DNA of 64,000 nucleotides from Blepharisma stoltei ATCC 30299 (lineage: Eukaryota; Protista; Ciliophora): NCBI GenBank assembly GCA_965603825.1, contig CBFDEM010000045.1, positions 496,001-560,000 on the forward strand, in the 5' to 3' direction. The position numbers and the translations under genes are program-made. Shown one piece after another: positions 9,876-22,454 of this stretch (its first letter is position 1; every line of letters starts with the position of its first letter). The notes beneath the pieces were generated by a model. The model saw only the letters and a list, made by a program, of their open reading frames with translations. It searched no databases and was not told the DNA's origin.

Positions 9876-12011
9876 ATGACAAAAGATTTAAGGACTTTAT
9901 GGTGAGAAGAAAATGTTGATGATGTGTATCGATTAATCCAAAAATTTTGCAATATCACTCTAATAGTCAATTGCCTTTTAAGAATGCTTAAAGTGATATT
10001 TTACCCTTCTAAATATCTCTTTGATGTTTTGATTCCGCAAACACTGATTCATATTCTTGTAAATTTCTTTGTTAAGTATGCTGGAAGATCAATTGCTTGA
10101 AAAGTAGGTATTATAGTATTTGTTGTTGAATATTTCAATATATTTTTACGATACAATTCATTGACGATTTTTAAAGATCATTCAGCTATTCTAGAATCAA
10201 TATCTTCTGCTGTTACTTTTCTCTTTGAATACTCAATTATTACTAACAAATGAACTTTCAATATTGTTGTGATTAAGCATGTATATATTTGGCACGTTCA
10301 TAGACTACTTTTTTACGAAGCTGATTCTGAAAAAGAAGAGCTTTCGCCCTATAATGGAATTTTGCTCATAATTGTGCTTTATAATGTCGCCTACCATCAT
10401 ATCATAAAAAAATCTTATGAGCATTACTTGTATAGAAAAGAGCTAGAGAGCTCAAAAAATAGGCTTAACACAGTAACAGAAGCATATACAGATGGAATTC
10501 TTGTTATTTCTCAAGACTTCAATATAAAATTTTTCAACCATTGTATACTACAATTATTAGATACAACAGACTCTTTACTTTATACAACTCTCAGCAATAT
10601 AAAATATATAGATGGTAAGAAAGTCGCGAATTTCAGCAACTCAAACTCTCTAATCGAGGATATTTACTTTTTACTCGAAAATCAAGAAATAACTGACATC
10701 ACTCTTGGAATAACACTAATTGGGGACATGAACTTGGAATGACGAGCAAGGAAAATCGAATGAGAAAATTCAGCAGCACTCTTTCTCATAGTAAGAGATG
10801 CTACTCAAATTATAGACCTAGAGCTCAACATTGCAAATAATAAGATGAAAACTTTGCTTTTAAGGACAGTTTCTCATGAATTGAAAACCCCTTTGAACTC
10901 AATAATTTATTTCACTGATGATCTGCTCAATAGTCATGGATATCTTTGTGAAAAATTGGAAAACAAATTAGAAATCATATCAGTTTCTGCCAAAATGATG
11001 AGTTCGCTCATTAATGATTTATTGGATTACTCCAAAATTTTGGTCGGCGCCTTCACAATCCAAAAATCTTATTGTAATTTGAAAGAAATAATTGAAAACA
11101 CGTGCGATTTGATTAGAATTCAAGCTACAAAAAAAAATTTAGCAGTGATTACGAGGATTGATCCAGATATTCCAAGTAGAATTTATACGGATCCTCATAG
11201 GCTAAGCCAAATTATAATCAATTTATTAGGAAATGCACTAAAGTTTACAGTTAAAGGTAAAATTGAGATTACTTGTGTAAATACTTCGAGAAAATCTATA
11301 AAATGCTATATTGAAGATACTGGAATTGGGATTGAAGAAGATGCAATCAAGCTTCTTTTTTCAGGTTATCAGGCTAATTATATTCCTGATATAAGCTATC
11401 AAGGTTATGGATTAGGGCTAGGGATTTCTAACTTAATCGCAAAGCAACTCTGTGGGAAGCCAATACAAGTAAAGTCAACAATGGGCAAAGGATCGGTGTT
11501 TTCCTTTGAAATTGGAGTCCTTGATGAGATAGGTCATGAGCATTCTGTAGTTGTTGAATCAAACGATACGAACTTAAGCCATTCAGTCAGCAGTTTTCCT
11601 ACTTTGGCTTATTTTAGACCTAAATGTAGAGAAGTTCTAATTGTTGACGATATGGAGTTTAATCTTGAAATCCTTGGCTCAGTGCTGAAGAACTATGAAA
11701 TAAACTATGATGAAGCAGCGAATGGGAAAATTGCAGTTGATAAAGTAGTTTTGCATGACAATAAAGGATTTCCATATAAAGTTATTATTATGGACTGTGA
11801 TATGCCAGAAATGAATGGATGAGATGCATCAAAAAAAATTAATCAACTATTTAGAGACAAAAATATCAAGCATTTGCCTTGCATCATAGGATATTCTGCT
11901 TATAGCTCTGATGAAGATATAAGACTTTCTTTCGAAAGTGGCATGCATAGCTATTTAGCGAAACCTTGTCCACCTGAAAAAATTATTAGTGCAATTCTAA
12001 AATTTTTATAA
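9876..12011 (+). CDS. Membrane-bound hybrid histidine kinase (TM region, PAS-like segment, HisKA, HATPase_c, receiver)
   Basis: One frame with 6 TGA=Trp; H-box VSHELKTPL, N-box INLLGNALKFT, G1 DTGIGI, G2 GYGLGL; receiver IVDD...MDCDMPEMNG...YLAKP. Confidence 0.92.
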
Positions 12012-12126
12012 TTATTTTTATTGATAATATAATTCACGAATTATTGTGATTTCATCGAAATTAAATTTAAATTATTGAATTAAAATAGTTATTTATAGAA
12101 AATAATTAAAATGTGAATAATTTAGA

Positions 12127-13503
12127 TTAAGATTTCACTTTACTTACAGAGTTGTCCTCAATGCTAAGCAAAGAGATGTCTGTTTGAGATGATATCTCAT
12201 TATATATGCTTGGAGTAAAATAAGTAATTAATAAGTTGATTATCATGCACCCTGAAATGATGAAAAACAAAGTCTTGTATCCAATAATCTGAATGAAAAT
12301 TACAGGAGTAATAAAGAGCTGCACAAAATAGATAGTTACAACATTCAGTGCCACTCCAATGACAGCATATGATACAACCCAAGGATCTTTGGGATATAGA
12401 AGGCTCGTTCCTATCGTTAGTATAAGGTACGTACCACTCCCAAAACTAAAAGCAAATATTACACAGGCACAAAATAAGTATTCTTCTGTAAGAGTAAAAT
12501 AAATAGAGCAATATACGAAGAATTGAATGGCACCAGACACTATTGTAACTCTTTTTCACCCATATTTATCAACTAAAATTCCTCAAAATATTCTTGATAT
12601 GCATGATGTTACAAATCCAATAGATCCAAGATAAGAAAATAGATGGTCGTTTTTATGTTTGGTCAAGCCTATACTTTTATAATTTGTAAACAAAAATGCA
12701 TATGGAGCAACGAAAAAATAAAAATTTAGTGAAAGCTTCCAGAAAAGGGATTGCTTCAGGATGTCTTTTAACTTTAAGCTACGTTTTTCTAGCTTTATTC
12801 CGTCTGACCCTTTTTTTGTTTTGTCATGGCTGGTTATCATGCTTGTGCCAGCAAGTTGCATAATTAAGTAAATCAAGCATATCCATCTTATAGTTGCTGG
12901 AACTTTATTATAGACTTCATGTCCAAAATAACTCGACGAAGAGTTTCCGTTATGTTTTGAATGAGGAGATTTATTGTTGGGATTAACCATCATAGTCCAT
13001 ATTAAGCCAAATATTGTTGGACCTAAGCTATATCCTGAGAAGCCTATACTCGTTACTAAGCCAGTTTTATTTGGAAAATAAGGCCAACAGGCTCATATAA
13101 CCGGCATATCAATCATTCCAGAAATTATTGCTTCAGCCAACCCATATAAAATACTAAATAAATAAGGGTTTGTAGTGAAGGAAGATGCAAATAAAATTAT
13201 GCACCCTAATATTGTTCCTATGTATGCTGTAAATTTACATCCAATTATTTCGCAAAGATAGCTTGCCACAACTTAATAAAAGTTACTAAAACATAATGGT
13301 TCTAAAATATAAGATAATGTGAATGCTAAATACATATCAGATTCGTCGATAGATGAATCCTTAGAATAATAATAAGAGGCTAAATAAATTCCAATTACTC
13401 CCCAAGCATTTATTGACCCAGATACCTTATTTAATATTACAATATTCGCAACCATACACCCAATGAGAGCGGAAACCCTATTTCATTTTTTAGGCTGTTC
13501 CAT
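12127..13503 (-). CDS. MFS transporter (oxalate:formate antiporter / MCT-like), one 15-nt intron
   Basis: Multiple hydrophobic helices; CWPYFPNKTGLVT and ILVDKYG motifs; frame continuous with TGA=Trp after removing 13272-13286. Confidence 0.85.
13272..13286 (-). other. 15-nt spliceosomal intron
   Basis: GTAACTTTTATTAAG, A at position 10; contains the in-frame TAA that ends ORF 13273-13455. Confidence 0.85.
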
Positions 13504-13676
13504 GACTGTTATTATATTATTTATTTAATAAAATGCTCAGTTTTTATTTAATTGATGCTTAATTTTGCCATTTAATCCACAGGCAATTTTTCAGCTTCAT
13601 ATTTTTATTATTAAAATTTTAAATAGAATGTGCAGATACTCACTTTACCCTAAAGATTCATAACAATTGCTGATAA

Positions 13677-14612
13677 ATGTCATTTTCATTGAAAAACGAA
13701 GATCCTCTCTCTTTGTCATTTCTATATCAAGAAGACCAATGCAACCTTTCAAATCAAAACTTACCACCTTTATCATTATTTGCTAGGATTCTGAATTATG
13801 ACCAATCTGACACATCGTTAAATGCAATTTCAAAAAATAAATCAGCCTTATCCCCAATCCAAACCTCTAAAAACTCTTCAGACCTTCACGAGTCTTGAAA
13901 ATATTCAAAAGAAGTCTCAGATATTCTTCAAGGGCATCATCTATACGCCCCCAGTGTTTTAGTCAAAAGTGGGTCTCAAAACTATAACGGCCTACTCAAC
14001 GAGTTCAGCGAAGACGTAGAACGAGGAGATCTGAGCCCAAGTAGTCAAGATTTTGAAGAAGGGTCTATAGACTATAGTCTTACTGATGAAGATAACGCTA
14101 ACAAAGAAACTATTGTAAACTTGCCAACTGAAAAAGCACCCCCTGGATATTTAACCCCAAACTCAAAAATCTCCCCAGGAAAAGGAATGAGAACATCAAC
14201 AGTTTATACAAATTTGAGCTCTGATTCAAGTGTCATGATTACATCTTATTTATCAAATAACGGCACAAAGCTGCCTGCTAGAAAGATATCGCAGCTTAAA
14301 CCTGAGCCTGAAGAAGAATTTGAAGTTATTGAAAGCAAGCCCAGACTTATAAGGCCAGATCGAAGTGTCCATACAAGCATAAGAAAATCGACTTTGGCTT
14401 TTCCAAACTTGCTATATTGTCCTACATGCAATGAAGATACTTATTCGAATATATCATTCCAAGTACAAAATTTAGGCTTTATTGATTCAATTAAGTTCTT
14501 CTTTCATGCTATCAAGTGTTGCAGAGAAGTGAACTCACTAAGCAAGTATCAAGAAATTGTGCATACGTGCAGAAAATGTAAAAATGTCTTAGCAAGGGTC
14601 AGAGTGGCGTAG
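13677..14612 (+). CDS. Protein with C-terminal LITAF-like zinc ribbon
   Basis: Single frame through TGA 13896-13898; CPTC, hydrophobic stretch, HTCRKC at the C-terminus. Confidence 0.75.
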
Positions 14613-14723
14613 TGATATAGGAATCAGGTAAATAAATTATCAAATTATTGAAAATTTGTGGGTAATAATTTTCCAGTTCTAATCTGGAACGTTTAAAAAG
14701 TGTCATAATTATAATAAAAAACA

Positions 14724-14945
14724 ATGGAAACAGTTCTCAAGAACCTGCCAGCTCCTAATTCTCTCACGGGACTTTTTGTGTATACCTTTACTTTCTATAT
14801 AATTACCTTTGCAATTGCTTGGTGCCTGCAGCCAAAAGGCTTTGATCTGGAAAGCCATCGAAAGAAAATCATCAAAGCAAGAGAAGAAAGAGAAGCCAAG
14901 GCCCAAAGACTTTTAGCAAAAAGAAATGAAAACAAAGATAAATAA
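14724..14945 (+). CDS. Small single-pass membrane protein
   Basis: 73 aa; one TM helix followed by a charged tail; AT-rich flanks. Confidence 0.6.
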   Translation: METVLKNLPAPNSLTGLFVYTFTFYIITFAIAWCLQPKGFDLESHRKKIIKAREEREAKAQRLLAKRNENKDK

Positions 14946-15008
14946 ATGATAAAATCAATGCTTTAATATCTATATGCCGGCTCTTAACTTATTTAAGTCT
15001 TTTCATAA

Positions 15009-16442
15009 ATGGAATATATGAGCAGACCTTATGCAAGCGGGCGCTCAGAGGTTCATAATAGAAAACTGGTTCACGCTCGCCAAAAGGCAGCCAGCAAACT
15101 TTATCGAATACTAGAAATGAAGCTCTTTGTGGATGCCAGACTAGTAAAAAGGTTTAGGATATGGCAGATACACATTATAAAAGGAGGTATATCTAGATTC
15201 TTGAAAAATATTAGGAGAACTAATGTAAAATATATGACCAGCAGGCTCAAAGTTATTATGAAAATCTTAAATAAACCTACTAGAGAATTTTTTTTACGGC
15301 TGGCCAATCATACATCTCAGATAAAAATTCCATCATCTCTTTTACCAAATATAGGGGCCTGCAAAATAATTGCATACTTAAACAAAAAGCAAGCAAAAGC
15401 CAGACTTACTTCGATCTTCAAAATATTACCAAATATAACGGAAAGAAAATCTTTGATAAAAATTGCATTTAACTTGTGAATGTCCTTGAGTTTTAACTCA
15501 TCTCCTTTTTTACACAGGCCTCTTGTGCTTACCTTGCAAATCCTTTGTATTATATTGAATAAAAATAATAGACTAAAGCAAATTGCCTGAGATAACATCA
15601 AAAGGAAAAATTATTTGTCAAAGGGGTTTCCTTTATTAAGAACACTACAAATTTTGGTGAATAAAAGATTTAAATTTTCGATTGGAAAGCTTGCCCAGCC
15701 ACGATTCCAAATAAGAAGAAGATGGGAAGATCCACAGATTGCAGAATCATATAAAAAACGAGCTTTAAATACAGCTGGAGCTTTGATGGAGTCAATGATA
15801 AGAAGGAAAATGAGAATTGAGCAAATTGAGAGTATTAGATCTCTCTCTATTTCGTTCACCCTATGGAAGAAACGAACTACCATTTCTTTAGCTGTTCCTT
15901 CATTTATAAAGAAAAGACAAACTAGACAATGAAGCTTGGCACTTATTAAAAATAGCCTGCAAGCTGTAATATACCGAAATAAGCTTCAATCATTTAGAGC
16001 TATTAGAACCAAAACGCTAATAAGAAAGGAATACAAAGGATTCGAAATAGACAAAGCAATCATCAAAAACCAAGCCATGATCAACGCTCAGCTTGAAAAG
16101 CAGTTAGAGGCAAAAATCGAAGAATCACACAAAACCAAACGATCAGAAAAAGTAAAATGCTTGAACTTTATTTTTAAAACCCATTTAAGAGAAGTGTTAT
16201 ATAAATGAGCCAGTATTGTGGGCAGTGAAAAAAATAATGGTTTTGACGTTGGCGTAAAATTTATATAGGAAATTTTTGAGTATTTAAGTTATCTCGAAGA
16301 GCAGGCCCAGGCTACTCAAGATGTGGAAATAGATGAAGAAATGAGTGAACTAAGAGCAATGCTTGAAAGAAAGTCCGTGGACCAGGGATTCGAAGGTATG
16401 GAATCTGAGCAGGATCAAGATTATAAGTTCAAAAGTGTTTAG
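15009..16442 (+). CDS. Basic helical protein with periodic Trp (Sfi1-like), one 15-nt intron
   Basis: ORFs 15009, 15615 and 15936 share a frame joined by TGA=Trp; intron 16254-16268; stop TAG 16440-16442. Confidence 0.7.
16254..16268 (+). other. 15-nt spliceosomal intron
   Basis: GTAAAATTTATATAG, close to the heterotrich consensus; contains an in-frame TAG. Confidence 0.88.
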
Positions 16443-17060
16443 AAGTTTTGCTGATTTTTGTTGTATCATCTTCAAAATAAGCCCATTTAAATGTTCTAAT
16501 CTACTATTAGTTGCGATATGATTTTATTTGAATAATCTCTCTTATTCTCTATTCACACAGAATGATAAGAGTTTTATTTAAAACTCGTTCAATGCTCTTG
16601 CTTCTGAAGCAGCTGATTCCAATTTATCTTAAATGCTGCATTAAGCTAGTTTGCTATAATTACTGTAAACTTGTAAAATATAATTATGAAAATTGAGATT
16701 TGGTAGAAAAATTGAATTAAAGCTCAATGGTTTAGGGTAGAAATTTAAATTTGGGGATAAACTTACTTATATAAGAACTTTAAATGATTATAAGTAGGCA
16801 AGTTTTCAATGATAATAATATAAATCATTATCTTTGTGCTCAGTTTAGCATAGAAACTCCTTTTTTTAATAATTTCCTAAATTTGCTGACGAAATTCAAA
16901 ATAAGGGTTCCTTTTATTTCTAAGCTGCCAAATTCTCAATACCATAAGATAAAAATCTATATAATTGACTTCACAAATTTCTCTAATAATCAGCACATTG
17001 TCCAGTAACAATAAAAATGCCCTAATGTTGATAATACCGTATATTTAGCATATAATATTT

Positions 17061-17747
17061 ATGGCACTCACATCCACAGTAACCTCAACTCCTATCGAAG
17101 CAATTGCAAGCTCATTTCTCGCAGTTTTTCTCGCAGAAATAGGAGATCGTACATTCTTTATCATTGCAGTTATGGCAATGAAAAACTCAAGATCAGCCGT
17201 CTTTTTAGGAAACCAAGTTACAGAGAGTGTAATTGCAATAATTGCAGCGTTTATCGGTGCAGCAGCCGTCAAACTTATTGATCCTCTCTATATCCAAATC
17301 GCTTCCTGCGTGATGTTCTTGGTATACGCAATTCTTTCCTTCTATGAAGCTTACCATGGAGAAGGCGACTCAGATTCAGAAAAAAAAGATCCTTTACTAG
17401 AAGAAAGCGGGGCTGGTGAGCAGGCAAATGACCAGTTGTTAACAGAAAGCCCTCAAAGGATGTCTTGGATGAAAGTTTTTTGGAAGACAGCTATAATGGT
17501 TTTCCTCGCTGAATGGGGAGATAAATCCAATACAACTATAATTTCGCTCTCTGCGCTTAGTGACCCAATTTTAGTTGCTATTGGAGCTATCATAGGTTTT
17601 GCAGCTATAGGCCTGATCGGAGTATTAGTTGGTAAACTTATAGAAAAGTACATTTCTGAGAAGACAGTAAAAATTGCAGCAGGAGTTCTGTTCCTGATTT
17701 TTGCTGGATTTGCTCTTCTCATGATCTTTTACGATTACGAATTGTAA
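17061..17747 (+). CDS. GDT1: GDT1/TMEM165 (UPF0016) Ca2+/Mn2+ transporter
   Basis: Two E-x-G-D-[KR]-[ST] motifs (EIGDRT, EWGDKS) with an acidic central loop. Confidence 0.93.
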   Translation: MALTSTVTSTPIEAIASSFLAVFLAEIGDRTFFIIAVMAMKNSRSAVFLGNQVTESVIAIIAAFIGAAAVKLIDPLYIQIASCVMFLVYAILSFYEAYHGEGDSDSEKKDPLLEESGAGEQANDQLLTESPQRMSWMKVFWKTAIMVFLAEWGDKSNTTIISLSALSDPILVAIGAIIGFAAIGLIGVLVGKLIEKYISEKTVKIAAGVLFLIFAGFALLMIFYDYEL

Positions 17748-17781
17748 TTAATCACAAATATTTAATATCAAATTTTATTAA

Positions 17782-18186
17782 TTTTAGTCCTAAAATATCT
17801 TATCTTAAACTTTTACTGTTGGTCGTACCAGCATTTCTCTCTTATTTAAATTAACTTTAGCCACTTCTATAAACAAACTGTAGCATCTTACACAAAAGTC
17901 CTAGAGCCACCACTAAGCAGAAACTCCGCATATTCCACAATAACAGAAAACTCCGATCATAAGCATTAACGGATCTCCAATCACAGAACTTTAGTCTAAT
18001 GCAGATATGCACACTCCTCAGCCAAAATGCCACTAAAGAATCCTTAAAGCTTCCTGCCATCTCTAAATTCTCCACAATCATCTTCTAAGCCCCCACATTT
18101 TTCAGAACCCTTCATTTCGGTTTGGCTGCACCTTCCTTCTTTTAGCTCAAAAAGCACCTAATATATTTTTTTTAGTCCTAAAATAT
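17782..18186. mobile_element. ~370-bp insert flanked by perfect 17-bp direct repeats (possible retroelement relic or retained IES)
   Basis: TTTTAGTCCTAAAATAT at 17782-17798 and 18170-18186; interior is GC-richer and C-skewed relative to the flanks. Confidence 0.45.
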
Positions 18187-18301
18187 AATATAGTTTAGGG
18201 AAAGGATCAAGTGAAAATTTTAAAATTTTTCCTCAATCATTTTATTAAATTCGCTTGCGTAAAATAAATTATAAATTCTGTTCAGAAAGTATGGATATAA
18301 A

Positions 18302-19399
18302 ATGGGTGCTAAATGCTCGTGTTTGAGCTATTTTAAAAAGCAAGAACCTGGAGAAGTTTATGTGCCCGCAGGTAAAGCTAAATTAGAAACTTCTAAGGCT
18401 CTAATTATTCAATCTCAAAATATATATAATGAAGCAGAACCTATTATGATTGCAAACATTATAAAATATCCAGATTCATCTATAGTAATTCCAATCCAAA
18501 GTGCTTTAAGAGGTTACTTAGTAAGAAAAAATCTCCATCAGGAATATTCAGAATATCAACAAGAGCTTCAATACACATTAGAAACATCGACAGAAACCCA
18601 TCATGTTTCTGATCTAATCTACACACATACAGCTCAAGAATCAAACACCTTAGGCCAAGAATCTGTAGAAAAAAGACTTATACGCAAACCGGAAACATCT
18701 CTGCCTGATGGATCCACTTACGAAGGTGAATGAGATAATAATAATTTATATGGAGAAGGCATCAAAATTGAGCCTGATGGCACAAAATATGTCGGCTCGT
18801 TTAAAAACAACTTAAGAGATGGTTATGGAAGTCTTCAATTTGCAAATGGAGATACCTATACAGGAGATTTCAAATCAGGAAAAGCAGAAGGAAAAGGCGT
18901 TTATTTAAAACGCACAGGATCCAAATATGAAGGAGAATTTCAAGATGACATTATTCATGGCTATGGGAAGGAAAAAAGCTCAGATGGCTCAGCTTATGAA
19001 GGAAATTATTTATATGGCTTGAAAAATGGAAAAGGAATTTATTCTTGATCTGATGGGAGCTATTATAGAGGAGATTTTAAAGAAAATTGCATGGATGGGC
19101 ATGGAGAATTTCAATGGTCGTCAGGAAAAAAATATCTCGGCGAGTTCAAAAATGGCATGATACATGGGCAAGGGGTGCTGGAATGGCCAGATGGCAGAAA
19201 ATATGTAGGAGAATTCGAAAATGACCAAATGCATGGGAATGGAATTTTAGAGTACCCTGATGGAAGAGTTCATGAAGGAAGCTGACGAAAAGGAAAAAAA
19301 GATGGCAGAGGTATTTACACATTTTTTAATAGAAAAACAAGTTCTCTCATAAAGAAAGAGGGAATATGGGAATCCGGAGCAAGAGTAGAATGGGTCTAA
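18302..19399 (+). CDS. IQ-motif and MORN-repeat protein, putatively myristoylated
   Basis: MGAKCS start; IQSALRGYLVRK; many YxGxF/W...HGxG MORN repeats; 3 TGA=Trp. Confidence 0.9.
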
Positions 19400-19430
19400 A
19401 TGATAATTTTATTTAAACGATACAGTTTAA

Positions 19431-21401
19431 TTATTCTGGACTCCGAGTTTCAATTTCTGATATCACACTTTGGTTCAAAGAATGTCTAGAAATTCGCGGC
19501 AGCGCCAATGGGTTGGAATCTGGAAGCGATTTGAGCCAATTTGCATCGTGATTCACAGACCTAGAGGATAGTCGGTACTTATTATTTGAGCTATAAAATC
19601 TATGCTTAACTGATATTTTTGGAGAAGCAGTTTGGACCCTCGCAGTTACTGCATATGAGCTATCCAAAGAAGACTCTCGAAAAGAGCTTCTTTCGAAAGC
19701 TTGGCTTACACTATTAGGAATATTTTCGACCATGCTTCTCACTAATTCTTGGTTTCTTCTGATTTCTTGTGTTAAGCCGATGTTCTCTCGTTGCTGATCA
19801 GAAATCAGATCAGTCATAGGTCCTTGCAGATCTAAAACTTCACCTTGCACTTTCACCAAATTTTTTTGTAAATTTTCGCCAATTGATTTTATTGAGTCAT
19901 TGGCTTTGTTGAACTCGCCCATGAGTTTTGTTCTATCCTCGCTGATATAATGCAGGTATTTAATAATTTCATTAAGCTTCTGCTTTTGGGTGGATTTTAC
20001 TTGCTTCATATCTGAAACAACTTTATTTACATAAGTCTCGACCACAACGATTCTCTTTAATTTCTCATCAATTTCTTTGTGGATTTTATCAATTTCTCTC
20101 TTAGGGATTTCTACTTGTTTTTTCTCAGATTTTTTGTCAGTGCTTATCCCTTTTCTTCTCAAAGCTTTAATAAAGCTCATTTCCATGGTTTGAGTTTTCG
20201 CTTCAAGTTCTTTATGCTGCTCAATGATGTCATGGATAGTTTCATGGATGGTTTTTTGAAGCTCAGCTTCGACTGCTGCTATATAATTTTGGTTATCTTC
20301 AATAGCTTTTCTATTTGCTTCTATATCCTTTTGGAAAGCAGCCAATTTCTTGTTTATTTGGGACAAGCCTGCACCTCCCACAAGTTTCTTCCCGACACTG
20401 CTTGACCTGCTGCTCATTCTGCCAACATCATTTGCTCTTGATGACCCTCTTGTTTTTAGATTTTTTCTTGATTCTTCAAGCTCTGTAATTTCAGATAAAG
20501 ACACAGGGAGATTTTGAAGAGTTGTTGCTGCTTTTTCTTCTTCTTTTGGTATATTTTCTCTAGGAGTTTCTAGCTTCTCTTCTTTAATTTCTTCTTTCAA
20601 TTGTTGGCTATTGATATCTGCACTAATTTGTGGCAGATTTTTTGCTTCTTCTTGAACCACTACTTGTTTTTCTGGGGCTTCTTCATGAAGTTCTTCATTT
20701 TCTTCTTCATAATTCATCTCTGCTTCTCTTGCCCTTCTTTCTCTTAGCACAGTTCTTTCTAAATCGTCCATCATCCCATCTAACTCTTCTTCGCTATCAT
20801 AAGATTCGTCTTGTTCCTCGTCCTCTTCATTGAAAATTTCTTGCAATTGCTGCTCAAGAGTTACAACTCTTGCTTTTATCTGTGCGACCTCATCAGAGCT
20901 TATTTCTGCGGTTTCTTTATTTGCAATGGTCTGCATTTGTGAGAATTCGATTTTCATTTTCGTTTTCAGTCCTTCAAAATCAGAAAAGATGTGTTTGTCT
21001 AAGCGTGACTTTAAATTTCCCAGTTCTTGAGAAAGACCGTTGTGGGCTGATCACATCACTTTTTGCTTTAGCAGGACTTCAGCGTCAGCAATGCTAAGCT
21101 TGTCGTTTAGAGAATTATAAAACTGGGCCGAAAATTCTTCAAATTTTGCTTTGACAGCTTTTTCTATCATATATGAAACTTCATCCAGCTTCGAAGTAAA
21201 TAGGGTGGCAAGAACGAAATGCTGCATTTGCTCGCTGAGTTCTTGAATATGAAGATTTTGATTATTTATTGTACGCTCCAGCATAGAGATCTTTTCAAAT
21301 GATTGCTTGGCGAGCTCGATCTCTCTTAAAGCATCTGCCAGGGATAGGTTGCTTTTCTTTATTGATGACAGCTGGCCTGCAATTTGAGTAGATGGGTTCA
21401 T
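19431..21401 (-). CDS. Large coiled-coil protein
   Basis: ORFs 21051-21401 and 19431-20957 joined through TGA=Trp. Confidence 0.8.
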
Positions 21402-21483
21402 TCGAGTTTAATTAATAAGTGATTTATTATCAGTTATTCTGTATCTTAACAAAGAAAAATTCCCAACGTATGATATTTAAAAT

Positions 21484-22317
21484 ATGCAAGACATAGAATC
21501 TCTCTTATATAAACGGCAAGAAATATCACCGATGGCACCAAGAATTCCAAAGGGCCCTGAAAGATTCTCTCGATATTATACAATAAAATTTGGTTCAGAA
21601 GATGAAAGTATTTCTATCACTAAAAGTGGAAGAAATCTCCATAGATCACTTAAGCATGTTGATCCTATAGTAAGCTCCTATGCAACTTCTCCAAAATCAT
21701 ATAGAATTAAAACTCCTTTCGTAAAAAAATCCATTGAAGAAGCAGAAATTAAGTTTTCCCCTAAGCCACCTGATGATTCCAAGACTAATATTTATCGACA
21801 AAGAGGAAGAAGCATAAAATCATCAAAAGCCAGACGCTCCACAGTTCAGCCTGAAAAAGAAGAAAACACAGCTAATTTAAGAAATTTATCAAATATCATC
21901 AATGGGATGAAAGATATGCTAGGAAATATGCCTAATATTTCTCAGATTTTGCATAAATCTAAGGATATCTCATCTAGAGCTATAAAAAGCACAAAGAAGG
22001 CACGAAGATCAGTCGCTCAACTAAATGACTCACATGACTCTTATAATAATAAGTCACTTCATGGGTCTGGCAAACTATCCACATCATTTGTAAATTCAAA
22101 ATTAAGCAAAAAGATTATGCAGAACCTCAAGTCAAGATACTCCACTCAGAAGCCAAGAAGAAAAAAATCTCCTAGCTCTCGATCCGGGTCAAAAGGAAAA
22201 GCTTCTGTCGATGTAGAAGCTCTACAGAACTATTTTCTTGATTTTCATGCAAAATCAAAAATGTTGCTGGGGAACTTGGAACGAAATGTCCTAGGTGAAA
22301 ATAATATTTGTAAGTAA
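21484..22317 (+). CDS. Uncharacterised Ser/Lys-rich basic protein
   Basis: 277-aa ORF. Confidence 0.7.
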   Translation: MQDIESLLYKRQEISPMAPRIPKGPERFSRYYTIKFGSEDESISITKSGRNLHRSLKHVDPIVSSYATSPKSYRIKTPFVKKSIEEAEIKFSPKPPDDSKTNIYRQRGRSIKSSKARRSTVQPEKEENTANLRNLSNIINGMKDMLGNMPNISQILHKSKDISSRAIKSTKKARRSVAQLNDSHDSYNNKSLHGSGKLSTSFVNSKLSKKIMQNLKSRYSTQKPRRKKSPSSRSGSKGKASVDVEALQNYFLDFHAKSKMLLGNLERNVLGENNICK

Positions 22318-22454
22318 GTGCATGAGGCTGTTTTGTTATTTATATGATAAATTTAAAGTAAATTGTTATCTATAATAATAAATTCTAATAAAAAATAAGA
22401 ATACTTTGCTTAGCAGTCGCAATCTCCTTTTGTTCTTAAATTTTATTGATAAAA

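Noticed and set aside
9876-12011. Histidine kinase as bacterial contamination
   Set aside because: Same code, composition and packing as flanking eukaryotic genes; hybrid kinases are known in ciliates
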